From Bacilli bacterium (GTDB lineage Bacteria > Bacillota_I > Bacilli_A > RF39 > UBA660), in assembly GCA_017484205.1 (NCBI GenBank), contig JAFUTO010000002.1, forward strand, positions 16,334 to 80,333: a DNA stretch of 64,000 nucleotides, in the 5' to 3' direction. Under the pieces are notes generated by a model. The model worked only from the letters and a program-made list of their open reading frames with translations, ran no database searches and was not told the origin of the DNA. Below are positions 28,401 through 43,400 of the stretch, in pieces. The position numbers and the translations under genes are program-made. How positions within the stretch are numbered: the first letter of the stretch is position 1; the number at the start of each line of letters is the position of its first letter.

Positions 28401-31400
28401 ATGAACAAAAAGTAACTGTGTCAGGTGTTACATCTGATAAAAATGCAGTTATCTCTAATTTGGGCGAATATAAAATTAAAGCAGGAGAAACTAAAGTAGT
28501 TAATTTATTAGTTACTGCTCCATCTGGAAAAATTAAAACATATACTTTAAACATTACAAGAGAAGCTTTGGTAGAAGGAGAACACAACTCTAAATTAGCT
28601 GAATTAGAAATAGAAGGTATCAAATTAGATCCAATATTCACATCATTAACAACTGAATATAATATAATGTTTAGTAAAAATATTTATGATTTAAATATTA
28701 CAGCTACACCATATGATAGTGATGCAACTGTAACTATTACAGGAGATAAATATATAACTGATGATTATAATGCAATTACAATTAAAGTAGATGCTCCTTC
28801 AGTTGAATCTACAACATATAAAATTTACTATACAAAATTAGATTATGGCACTGTTATGTACGAATATGGTTATACTGGCGAATATGAAACTTTCGTTGCG
28901 CCTTATTATGCTAATTACAAAATTGAATTATGGGGTGCTAAAGGTTCTTATAGTAGTGGTAATAATGGTGCGTATACTTCTGGAAATATTTATTTAACTT
29001 CTGGTACAACCTTATATGTTTATGTCGGTAATAAAACTGATGGTATGGCAGGTGGTTGGAACGGTGGTGGTAACGCCATAAGAAGCGATGGTTTCGGTGG
29101 TGGTGGAGCTACTGACGTTCGTTTAACTCCAACATCAAGTTTAACTACATGGAATGAAATTAATTCATTAACAAGTCGTATCATGGTTGCTGCCGGTGGT
29201 GGTGGAGCCATATCATGGGCTGGCGGAGCACAAGGTGGCTACGGTGGTGCATTAGTTGGTGGAAGCGGAGCTAACCGTGTAAGTGGAGGTTCTGCTAATA
29301 CTCCTGCTACAGGTGGTACACAAACGACAGGTGGTACTACTGTAAGAAATGGTTCTGGCGCAATGTATTCTACATCCAATGTTGGTGGATTTGGATATGG
29401 TGCTTCTGTTACAAATGGTAGCGGTACTAACTACGGTGGTGGTGCCGGTGGTGGTGGCTACTGGGGTGGTGCATCAGGTAATGACTATAGTGGTTCATTA
29501 AACTCAGGTGCCGGTGGTTCTTCATATATTTCAGGTTACTTAGGTTCTGTAGCAGTAAAATCTAATACAAATTATTTGCCACGTCTAGATTCATTAGGTA
29601 ATATCTGTGCTAATGGAACTACTGATATAGTATGTTCATATCACTATTCAGGATATGTATTTACAGATGGTGAAATGATTGCTGGTAATGCCTTAATGCC
29701 AAATTATACTGGTACTGATAGAATGACAGGCAATGCTAGTAATGGTTTTGCTAAAATTAGCATTGTAGATGTTGAATCTCAAAATGACTATTTAGATGAT
29801 TTGATATTTAAAAAATTAGATTATAGTGATGATTATTTAGTTGATTTAGGATTTGAACCTACTAAAAATAATTACACTGTTACATTAGATGAATATACTA
29901 GAGCATTTGAATTATCTGGTGAATTAGGTGATGAAAATGCTAGAGTAACTGGACTTGGTACATATACAATTGAACCAGGTGAAAGTAAAGATATTAATAT
30001 TATTGTAACTGCCGTTGATGGAAATAGTAGAACATACAAAGTTACTGTTAATAGAAAAACTATGGAAGATCACACAGCGTTACTAAAGAATTTACAAGTT
30101 GATAAATATAATTTAAATGAAGCTTTCTATTCTAAAAAATATGACTATACTGTTAATATTTATGATGTAGAAATAGATTTAGTAATTAATGCGTCTACAT
30201 TTGATAGTGATGCTGTAGTAACTGTAAGTGGAAATACTTATATCAATTCTAATACAGGTGTTGTTACAGTTAGAGTAAAACATGTGGGATTAGAAGATGA
30301 AGTATATACTATTACATATACTAAAGTTACTCCTTCAATGGATAATGTAACGTTTAATTATACAGGTGAATACCAAACATGGACTGCGCCTTTCTCTGCA
30401 AAATATAAGATTGAGGCATGGGGTGCAGCAGGTGGTGGTGGAGCCATAAATAATCACACATCTGCATCTTCAGGTGGTCTTGGTGGTTATGCTGAAGCTA
30501 CATTCAAAATATTAGAAGGAACTAATTTATACATATATGCTGGTGGAAAAGGTAGTTATGGATCTGGTTCATCTTCTTATGGTGGTGCTGTAGGAGGATG
30601 GAACGGTGGTGGTAATGGTGGTAACTCTGGATCTGGTTCAGGTGGTGGAGCTACTGACGTTCGTATGACACCTACATCTGCTAAAAATGTATGGAATGAG
30701 TTAAATTCATTATATTCAAGAATTATTGTTGCAGGTGGTGCCGGTGGTACTGATGATTCAGGAGGTACTTATAATGGAAGCAACGATGGTTCAGGTGGAT
30801 CAGGTTCTGGATTAAATGGTATGGGTGCATGGATAGATGGTACATATTATGCTTCATATGGTGGTACTCAAAGTAATGGATATGCTCTAGGTGAAGGTGG
30901 TAGCGCCACAACTAACACAGATACTGGTGGAGCTGGTGGTGGTTACTACGGTGGTACTGTTACTAATCATAGTAATGGTGGAGCTGGTGCTGGTTCATCA
31001 TACATTAAAGGATATCCAGGTGCTGATACAACATATATAAGTTACCAAGATGGTGCTGAATATATGGAAGGATCATTTAAAGAAGCACAAAATAGTGGTA
31101 ATGGTTATGTAACAATATCAATGTTAGGTATTATTTCTGATAATATTTATTTAACTGACTTAACTGTTACAACTGATTTAATTACTGATAGTTTAATTGA
31201 AGAAACATTTGATCCACAAAGTGGTAAATATACTGCATATTTGGATAAATATTCTGAATTATTCTATGTAAAAGGTACGTTATCTGATTCAAACTCTAAG
31301 GTAACTGGACTTGGTGAATATAGAATTGAACCGGGTGAAACTAAAGATATAGAAGTTACTGTTACTGCTGAATCTGGTAAAACAAAAACATATACTATTA

Positions 31401-34400
31401 CTGTATCAAGAGATGATTTTGAAGATGGAGAACATTCTACTAAATTAAAGAGTTTATATGAAGAAACTTATAGTTTAAGAGAAAACTTCTATTCAGAAAA
31501 ATATGATTATAGAGTTAATGTATATGGAAATGAAATAGATACAGTATGGCATTATACTACTTATGATCCTGAAGCTCAAGTAACAATTGAAGGTGATAAG
31601 TATCTTAAAGGACATAATGTCATTACATTTACTGTTACGTTACCAGAAGAATATGGAGTAGATCCAACTGTTTATGAAGTTGTATTTACTAAAGTTGTTA
31701 CTACTGAACCATCTAAGAATGATTATCTAAAAGAACTTAAGAGTTCAGCTGGTACACTTTCTCCAGAATATGATGTTTTAAATCAAACATATAAAGTTAC
31801 ATTAAGTTCTACTGAAACTGGTACAAGATTAACTGGTAAACTTGATGAAGGTAATGCTTATGCGACTGGTTTAGACAAATTCTATACTGTTGAGCCAGGT
31901 CAAACTAGAAATGTAGAAATTATAGTTACATCTGATTATGGTACTACAAGGACATATACAGTGGAAATTGAAAGAGCTTCTTATGATGACAGTGTTGCTA
32001 GTACAAAACTAAAATCATTAGTTATTAGTGAATATGAAACTGATATTGATTTCCAATCAGAAGTATATGAATATGATATTGTTTTACCAAAAGGTGAAAT
32101 TGATTTAACAATAAACGCAATACCATATGATAGTGATGCGATTGTTGCCATTCAAAATGATAAACATTTAGTTGCTGATGAAGGAACTGTTACTATTACA
32201 GTTACGAAAGCAGGTGTAGAAGATACTGTATATAAAATCAACTATACAAAATATGATGAATATAGTGAAGATTTTGATTATACAGGTGAATATCAAACAT
32301 TTGTAGCGCCTTATACAGGTAAATATACATTTGAACTTTGGGGTGCCCAAGGTGGTACAGGTTATTATTCAACTCAACCAACACCAGGTTTAGGTGCATA
32401 TACTAAAGGTACTATCACATTAGAAAAAGGTACTACACTATATATCTATGTTGGTGGTAAAGGTGGCAATTCTGCTAATGGGTCATCCATACCAACTGGA
32501 GGATATAATGGTGGTGGTAATGGTACTACTGATGATAGCCGTGGAGATTCAGGTGGAGCCGGTGGTGGAGCATCTGATATAAGGTATTATATTAATACTA
32601 CAGGTGTTTGGAACAACAGTAAATCACTTGCAACTCGTATTATGGTAGCTGGTGGTGGTGGTGGATCACATTCTACTAACACTACTAATAATACAGAAGC
32701 TATGAATGCTGGTGCATTAGAAGTAACAGGACAAATTTCTACTTGGACTACTGGATGGACACCAATTGTTAACCAAACAACAGGTAATGCATTCGGTTAT
32801 GGTATAACTGGAGAAAGTTATATATATTGTCATGCGATGGCCGGTGGTGGTGGTGGTTACTACGGTGGTGTAAACTTTGTAGATAGTAGTAACTGCTCAG
32901 GTAGAGCTTCTGGTGGTTCATCATACATCTCAGGTTACTTAGGTTCTGTTGCTATTACTTCAATAAATGATACAACACCTAGACTTGACAGTAACGAAGA
33001 ACAATGTATTAGTGGAACTGAAGATATCGAGTGTTCTTATCATTATTCAGGTTATATATTTACTGATACAGTTATGAAATCTGGTAATGCAGAACAACCT
33101 ACTCATGATGGCACTTCTACTCAAACTGGTAATAGTGGAAATGGATACGCTAAAGTATCTATGGAACTTTCTCAAGATGCATATTTAAATAATTTAGAAA
33201 CTGATTATGGTGTATGGAATGTTAATTTTAACCCATTACAATTAGATTATGACTTACATTTATCAGAGTATGAGGCTTATGTTAATTTAACAGGTGAATT
33301 ATCTAATCCGAACGCAACTGTTACAGGTCTAGACCGTATGTATGAACTTGCGTTAGGTGAAACTAAGATTGTCCCTGTTGTTGTAACTGCGCCTAATGGT
33401 GATACTAAAACATATACTATAACAATGCATAGAGATGACTATACAGATGAACATTCTAGTAAATTAAGTTTATTAAATGTTATTAAATATGAAGAAGGAT
33501 ATTTAGATCCTAAATTTACTCCAATAAATAATAACTATACTATTTCAATAGATAGTTCTGAAGCTGAAATTTACATTGATTATGAAACATTTGATCCTAC
33601 AGCTACTGTTACTGTAACTGGTACTGGTAGAATTATAGGTGAAAGTGGTGTTATTAAAGTAAAAGTAAGTGCTTCTGGAGTAGAAGATACGACTTATACA
33701 ATAAGTTATGTATTAGAAAGTATACCTGAAGGAACTGAATTTACATTCCCATTCACTGGTGATGTACAAGAGTTTATTGTTCCTACAACAGGATACTATC
33801 AATTAGAAGTTTGGGGTGCTCAAGGTGGTGGACGCGATACTACTACATTTAACAATGGTCAATTAGGTTATGGTGGAGCTGGTGGATATTCAACAGGTAC
33901 TATAAAACTATATAAAGATCAAGTATTATATGTTTATGTAGGTGGTAGAGGTACTCCATCTAACTCTGGACTTGCAGCCGGTGGCTTTAACGGCGGTGGT
34001 TCTTCATGGGCTTCTGACTCTGGAGATCCAGCTGCTGGTGGTGGTGGAGCTACTGATATTAGAACTGGATTAAATGATTTATATACAAGATTCATCGTTG
34101 CCGGTGGTGGTGGCGGTGGAGGAGAAGATGCTGAAACTGGTGGTATTGGTGGAGGTATTAATGGCGGAAACGGTGGAAGTGACTGCTATGGTACTCAAAC
34201 TACTGGAAGATGCGGTGCTATTTTTGGAACTGGTGCTTCTACGCCTTATGATGGCGGTGGAGGTGGCGGCGGCTGGTACGGTGGTGGTACTGCCGGTGGT
34301 AGCCAAACTATCCCTACAGGAAATAGTGGTTCCGATACATCAGGTGGTTCAGGTGGTTCAGGCTTTGTCCTAACATCTGAAACAGTATCTAATACTCCAA

Positions 34401-37400
34401 ATGGATATAAATTAGGTGAAGAATGGTATTTAGAAGACGCTAAAACTGTTGCTGGTAATGGTGTTATGCCAACTACCGATCATTTTACTATTATGTATGG
34501 TAAAGGTGGCGATGGTTATGCAGTTATAACATTACTAGAAAAAGTATCAAGAGATAACTATTTAGTTGATCTAAAATCTGATTATGGTACTTTAACACCT
34601 ACTTTTGGTTCTGATATAGAAAACTACACATTATCATTAGACGCTTATACTCCTAATTTTACATTAAGTGGTAAAGCATCTAATGCAAAAGCTACAGTAA
34701 CTGGATTTGATACATATAGTATTGAACCAGGTGAGACTAAAGTTATTAATATAGTTGTAACATCAACATCAGGTGATACAAGAACATATAAAGTTACAGC
34801 TACAAGAGATAACTTTACTGATACACATTCATCATTACTTTCATCTTTAAAAATTAATGATGGATTAGAATATGAATTAAAACCAATATTTAATTCAAAA
34901 GTTTATGAATATAATATTAAAGTATATTATAATCTAGCTGATTTAGATATTGTTACTGATGTATATGATGATGATGCAAAAGTAACAATTACTGGAAATA
35001 AACATTTATCTGACTCTGGCGTTATAACAATTACTGTAAATTGTGAAGTAGCTGGAGAAACAGTATATAAAATCAATTACACAAGAGATAAATCGTTAGA
35101 AGGATACATTCCTACTGATAAAGATGTAGTTAATACATATGATTATACAGGTAATTACCAAACATTTATTGCTCCTGATAATGGCGATTATATAATCGAA
35201 CTTTGGGGTGCCCAAGGTAACTATGCAAATAGAGGACGTTCTTATGGTGGAGCCGGTGCATATACATATGGTATTATTAATCTTCAAAAAGACCAAAAAT
35301 TATATGTTTATGTAGGTGAAAATAGAACTGATAGAAATGCTTCTTGGAATGCAGGTACTACTGGTGGATCTGGTAATGATACTGCTAATGGTGGTTCTAC
35401 TAACGGCTACGGTGGTGGTGGAGCTACTGATATTCGTTTAACACCAGGTTCTTGGAATGATCTTGCTTCATTAAAATCAAGAATCATGGTTGCTGCCGGT
35501 GGAGGTGGCGGTTCTGATTATGCTTACCCTGCCAATGGTGGTGCAGCTGGTGCATTAGTTGGTTTTGATGGTGCTAATGGAAAATATCCAAATGTAGGTA
35601 TTCCTAATGTTCCTCCAACAGGAGCTACTCAAACTAGTGGTGGTAAAACTTCAGTTATAAGTGCTTCAGGTGGTACTGGTGCTAATGGTGGATTTGGTAC
35701 TGGCGGTAATGGTAATGGTGATTGGGGTTCCGGCGGTGGCGGAGGCTACTTTAATGGTGGTGGCGGTGGTTACACGTCTAACTCTGTTGACTCTGGTGCT
35801 GGTGGATCTTCATATATCTCTGGATATACTGGATCTATAGCAATAGCTTCTGCTGATGTAACAACACCAAGAAATGACCAAGCTGGTGCGTTATGTGCTA
35901 ATGGAACAACTGATATTACATGTTCTTACCATTATTCCGGAAAGATATTTACAAATACTGTTATGCTTTCTGGTGAAGATGTTATCCCAAGTAAAACTGG
36001 TACTGGTACAAGTGTTGGTAATACTGGTAGTGGTTATGCTAAGATTATTCAAATCTTAAAAGATGAAGATAATTACTTAGAAACATTAACTAGTACTTAT
36101 GGTACATTTGATAAGACATATGATCCTTTAGTTACTGAATATACATTAACTTTAGATCAATATGATACATCATTTACACTAGAAGGTACTTTATCTAATG
36201 ATGATGCAACTGTAACTGGTTTAGGATATTATGAAATTGAAGTTGGAGAAACTAAAGAAATTCAAATAGTTGTAACTGCTGAATCTGGTGATACTAAGAC
36301 ATATACAGTTACTGCTATTAGAAATCCATTTACTGATAGTCATTCAACTAAACTAAAATCATTAAGATTATTAGATAATGAAGGTATAGCAAGTCCTTAT
36401 GGGCTAAATGAAGAATTTAACTCATTAAAATATAACTATACTGCTAATTTATATTATAATGTTATCGATTTAACAGTAAATGCAGTTCCTTATGATCCTG
36501 CAGCTACTGTTGAGATATTAGATAATTTATATTTAATAGATGACGATGGTAGAATTACTGTTAAAGTAACTGCTCCTGACACTGATCCAACATATTATTA
36601 TATTGATTATCATAAAGATGAAGATGTTGATGTTGAAGATGAATATGATTATGATTATACTGGACAATATCAAACATTTATTGCTCCTTATACAGGTAAA
36701 TACCTTTTCCAAGCCTGGGGTGCTGAAGGTGGTACTAATGGTGGTAAAGGTGCATACACTGATGGTGTAATTGCTTTAGATCGTGATCAATTAATCTATA
36801 TATATGTAGGTGGTCGTGGGGCTACTGGTTGTATTACAGCTACTGGTGGTGGATGGAACGGTGGAGGTAATCCGAGTGCTACTGGATGTTCATCATCTGG
36901 TGGTGGAGCTACTGACTTCCGTTTAATAAAAGCTAGTGAAACTAAGACAGTTTGGAATGAAATTACTTCTTTAAGAAGCCGTATTATGGTAGCAGCTGGT
37001 GCTGGAGCTGGTGAAAGTTCTGTAGGTGGAGCTGGTGGTACTATTAATGGTACAACTGCTTATAATGGTACTTACGCAACTCAAACTAGTGGATCTGCCT
37101 TTGGTTACTGTCCACAACCAACATATGATGCATCTGCCGGTGGTGGTGGCTACTGGGGTGGTACATGGCCTGGTAGAGATGCTTATCACGGTGGTGGTGG
37201 ATCATCATACATTTCAGGTTACTTAGGTACAGTTGCTGTTATTAGTAAAGATGATACATCTCCAAGATTAGATAAAAATGGTAATGCATGTACTAACGAA
37301 TCAGCGTTAAATGATATTACATGTTCATACCATTACTCAGGATTAACATTTGAAAATTCTCAAATGATTGCTGGTAATGCTATAATGCCAACTATAGATG

Positions 37401-40400
37401 GCACTGATACTATGACTGGTAAATCAGGTAATGGTTATGCTAAGATTACGCCATTATTCTATAGTAGAGATTATTATTTAACTAATATAACTGCTACTTC
37501 TGAGCTAGGAAATACTATGTTCCCAGTATTTGATCCATTAACTGATACATATTCTGTTACAATTGATAAATATGACGAATGGGTAACTATTGATGCAGAA
37601 TTATCTGATCCGACTAATTCAGTAGTTGCGGGTACAGGTGAGTATAGATTAGAAAATCCAGGAGATGAGAAAACTGTTGAATTAGTTGTAACTGCTCAAT
37701 CTGGAGAAACTAAAACTTATACAGTTTATGTTCGTAGAAATGAATTTGATACTCATACTACTAAATTAAAAGATTTAGACATTATTGGTTCAGAGGATTT
37801 GATTGATCCAAGATTCCATTCGCTAAATTATGAGTATGATATTATATTATCTTCAGGAGTTATTGATGCTTCTATTGGATATGCTAAATATGATTCAGAA
37901 GCTATCGTGACAATTACTACTTTAGAAGAAAAGAATAAAGTAGTTGGTGATGATATTTATTACTTAAAAGATGATGAAGGAACAATTATTATAACTGTTA
38001 CTTTACCTGATGAATATGTCGATCCTAATAATGAAGATACCCAACCTACAACATATATTATTAGATATAATAAGAATTTAGCAACAGGAAATGATTATAG
38101 TTACACTGGTAAATATCAAACTTGGGTAGCGCCAACTACAGGTTATTATAAATTTGAACTTTGGGGTGCATCTGGTGGTTCTGCATTTGGTACATATGCA
38201 AGTTCAAACGTTAACTATGGTGGTTATACAAGTGGTACGATGAATTTACCAAGTGGTACAACATTATATGTATATGTAGGTTCAGCAGGACAAGGTGTAG
38301 GTTCTGGATACGCTTATGGTGGATGGAACGGTGGAGGTAACAACTACACGAGTTGTAATACATCTACAGCTGGTGGTGGAGCTTCCGATATTCGTGTAGT
38401 TAATACATCTGAATTAACTATATGGAACGAGTTTGATTCACTAAAATCAAGAATTATGGTAGCCGGTGCTGCTGGTGGTCGTGGTGGATTTGGTGTTGGA
38501 GGTTCAGCTGGTGGACTTGAAAGTTACTCAGGAACTTATAATTCAACAGGAAATGGACATAGACACAGTAATCAATCTGCTGCTACTCAAACATCAGGTG
38601 GTAAATCTGATAATCATTCTAATGCGTACGGTGAAGGATGGCCTATTAATACAGATGGTTCATTTGGCTATGGTGGTACAGGTTCCGGAGGAGGATGTAT
38701 GGGTTCCGGTGGTGGCGGTGGCTACTACGGAGGAGCTGGTGCATACAACTCAGGTGCTGGATCTGGTGGTTCATCATATATTTCAGGCCATAATGGTTCT
38801 AATTCAGTTGCTGAAGAATCAACTGTGGATAATATAATTCATACAGGTTCTTCTGAACATTATTCTGGTTATGTATTTACTGATACAGTCATGATAGATG
38901 GTCAAGGCTATAATTGGACAAATGTTAAAGAAGAACAAGTTGAAATGCCAAATCCATCTGGTGGTACTTATGCACTAGGTAGAGGACAAGATGGAAATGG
39001 TTATGCTAGAATTACTCCATTAGACGAAGACAATTATTTATTAAGCCTTACTGTTACAATCGACAAGAAATTTAAAACCGATGATTTTGATAATGTAGAA
39101 GGTGCTAAATTTACACCAACATTTGATAAATTTACTAATACTTATACATTAGAATTGCCTGATCATGTAACTGATTTAACTATAGGTGCAAGACCTTCTA
39201 GTGATACAGCTACAATTGAAGGTATAGGTAATCATGAAGTATTAGCAGGTGAAAATATCTATGAGGTAGTTGTAACTGCCGAATCTGGAGAAGAAAGAGT
39301 CTATACTATTAAAGTAACTAGACCTGCTTCTAAAGAATCAAGAGCTTTAGATATTTCAGTTACTGGTTTTGTTGAAACTTTATGTAAACCATTTGAATCA
39401 CAAGGATATTGTAAGTTAACACCTGCAAGTTATGATCCTGATAATACAGATTATTATTTAAAAGTTCCATCAGGTATTAGAGACCTAGAATGGACAGCAA
39501 CAAAGATGCATGAATATCAAAAAATAACAGGTGCTGGTATTACAAGATTAGGTCCATGGTTGAATTTAATTACAATCGAGGTTCAAGCTGAATCATGTGC
39601 TTATCTTTCTGAAGGTGAAACATGTGAAGACATAACAGATTATACATACCATGTAACTAGAGATATGACAGGAGATAACTATATTGATGAATTAATCATA
39701 TATGATCCTGATATTGATATTGGTTTTGACTATTTATTAAGTGAATATTCATTTAGAGTTGAAAATCAATATACAGAGTTAGGTATGACTGTTGTTTTAG
39801 ATGACCCTAACGCGTCATATGAAATAATAGGAAACGAAAACTTTGAGGTAGGTAGTAATATTGTAGAAATCATTGTAACTGCTGAAAATGGAGAGAAAAG
39901 AACATATGTCTTAAATGTGTATAGACTTGCTAATTCAAATAAATTATTAAGTGAATTACACGTTAAGAATAGTGGTAATGAATATACATTAACCCCCCCA
40001 TTTGAAGACATTATTACATCTTATGCTTTAGATGTACCAAATGAAATAGATAATATTGATATAACAGCTACAGCAGCTTATAACAAAACATCTATATCAG
40101 GTACAGGCAATCATACACTTAAAACAGGTTTAAATGAGATACATGTTGTAACTACTGCTGAAAATGGTGAAACTGAAACATATACAATTGTTGTTAATAG
40201 GGCTAAGTCTGATAATGCTTACTTAAAGAGCTTAAGTGCTGCTGAAGGTAACTTTAATGAAACTTATGTTAAAACAAATAACAATTATACAATGACAGTT
40301 AATCCATATGTTAAGAAGTTAGATATTACTGCTATAGTAGAAGAAGAAAACGCTACTTATAAAATAACAGGAAATGATAACTTCAAAATTGGACCAAATG

Positions 40401-43400
40401 TTGTAAATATAGTTGTTACAGCAGAAAATGGTAACAGAAATACTTATACTATTACTGTAACTAAAGAGGGTAGTGAAATTAATACACTTAAATCTTTAGA
40501 AACTAATAGAGGTGATTTAACACCTACATTTAATCCAAATACAAATAATTATACAATCACAGTACCAAATGATATTACTGATATTACTGTAGCAGGCGAA
40601 ATGACTGATATATTAAGTAAAGTAACAGGTTTTGGTACATATAGATTGACTACAGGAGAAAACATTATAGCTATAACAGTAACATCTGAAACAGGTGTTC
40701 CAAATACATATACTATAACTGTATTTAGAGAATATAATAGTAATCATTATTTAGCTAGTTTGACAGTTAATAATGGTACATTAACACCTGATTTTGATAA
40801 AGAAACATCTGAATATAGAGTTAATGTTTCTAATGATGTAGAAAATATCGTTATAACTGGTATTCCAGAAGTTTCTACTACTACCGTAACAGGTAATGGT
40901 ACAAAAACTTTAGTACCAGGTGAAAATGAATTTATAATAACAGCAACTGCTGAGGATGGTTCTTCTAAAGAATACAAAGTTATAGTTACAAGGGATAAGA
41001 GTAGTAATGCTAATCTAGATAGTTTAACTATCCAAGAATCAAGAATTAATCCTACATTTAATCCTATGATAACTTCATATACAGCAAAAGTATTATATGA
41101 TATTGAAGATGTTCATGTCATAGCAATACCATCAGATCCTGAGGCAACTGTAAGTGTAGTAGGAAACACTAACCTAAGTGTTGGTGACAACACAGTAACA
41201 GTTACAGTAACTGCGCCAGATGGTACTGAAAAAGAATATGAAATAACTGTAAAAAGATTATCAGAAGAAGAAAGTCCAGACTTATATTTAGCTAGTCTAA
41301 CTGTTTCTAGTTGTACAATAGATTTCAATAAAAAGACATATTATTATGAATGTGTTTTGAATAATGAAATTAGTGAAGTAGAAATTGAAGCTACTCCAGA
41401 AGATTTAGGTGATACTGTTTTAGGAACAGGTACACTTAACCTTTCTGTAGGTGATAATATAAGACAAGTAGTAGTTAAAAACGGCGGATTTGAAAGAGTT
41501 TATACAATCAAAGTTACAAGGTTAAAGAGTACTGAATCTAGACTTAAAGATTTGATTGTTAAAGATCATACATTAGATCCAGAGTTTAATTCAGATACTC
41601 TTACATATAACCTTACAACTAAAGAGTATGAACTAGAATTTGAATTCGTTAAATTACATGATGGTGAAACTATTGAAGTAATTGGTAATGATAATTTAGC
41701 ATTAGGAAATAATGTTATTACTATTAGAGTTACATCAGAAGATGGGGCACATCAAACAGAATATGTATTAAACGTAGAAAGAACTGTAAGAGATGATAAT
41801 TACTTATCTAATTTATGGGTAGAAGATGAGACTATTTCTCCTGAATTTAATAAGTTAGTTAATAATTATAAGGTATTTGTACCTTATGAAACAACTAGTG
41901 TTATCATAGGTGCAGAAGCAGAAGATAGAAATGCAACTGTAGAAGGAACTGGTATGAAAATGGTAATACCTGGTCCTAATACATTTACAGTTCGTGTAAA
42001 AGCTGAAGATAATTCAGTACGTGAATATCGTATTACTGTGACACGTGCAGCTTCTCCAAATAACTATTTAGAGTCATTAACAATTGATGGAGAGGTATAT
42101 ACTCCAGAATTCAATAGAGAAACCCTTACATATACATTAACAGTTCCATATGAGACTGATACATTAAATATTGAAGCAATTCCTGAAGATGAGGAAGCTA
42201 CTGTCTTAGGTGATGGAGTTGTATCATTAAAACAGGGTGTTAACAATATTGAAATATATGTTACTGCTCCTAATGGAAATGTTAGAACGTATGTGGTAAA
42301 AGTCACAAGAAAAGATCCAATTACTGCAAAATTATTAAATATTGAAGTTGAAAATTATACATTGGAACCTGAATTTAAACCAGATGATCAATTGTATCAA
42401 GTTACAGTCGATTATGAAACAACTAAGTTAAACTTCATAATTACTAAGATGGATCCATATTCAACTTACGAAATAGTTGGTAATAGAAACTTTAAAATTG
42501 GATTAAATGATGTATATATTAATGTTACGGCAAGTAACAGAGTAGATACATTCCAATACCATGTAGTTGTTAATAGACAAGCTTATTCAAATACATTCTT
42601 AAGTTATTTAACAGTAAATCAAGGTGAATTATCACCTGAGTTTGAAAAAACAACTCTTACTTATAATGTTGAGGTACCAAATAATGTTGCAAGTATTACA
42701 TTAGACGGTGCGCCTGATTACCCATTATCAACGGTAACAGGATTAGGGGACTATACACTTAATGTAGGTGTAAATACTATTAAAGTAGTTGTTACATCAC
42801 CATCTGGAATTAAACGTACTTATACAGTTAACGTTAATAGAAGAAAGAGTAGTAATGCTAATCTAGAATCTATTAAATCTAATATAGGTACATTAACTAA
42901 AGATGATGAGTATACATATACATTAGTAGTACCAAAATATACTACAAATATTGGTAGAGCTAATTTCACTGTGACAACTGAAGATCCACAAGCTACTGTA
43001 TCTATGCCAGTTACAATAGATTTAACTCAAACAACGGCATATCCTATTAGAGTTACTAGTCCAGACGGAACTAGAACTAAGGAATATACAGTAAATGTTG
43101 AATTTGATTTATCACATGATGCAACTTTAGCTTCATTAATACCAAGCGTTGGTGAATTAAATCCTAAATTTGATCCTAAAACTAATAATTATCGTATTGA
43201 TCTATTTGATGATGAAGAAGAAGAATACTTTGATTTATATCTAAATGAAGTAGAAGCTACATTATTAAATAGAAGTCTTACATATCAATTAACAGAATTA
43301 GAAACTACAGCTGAAATAATGATTCAAGCTGAAGATGGAACTATTAATACTTATACTATTTTGATTGCCAAATCAAAAACTAAGGAAAAATATTTAGATA

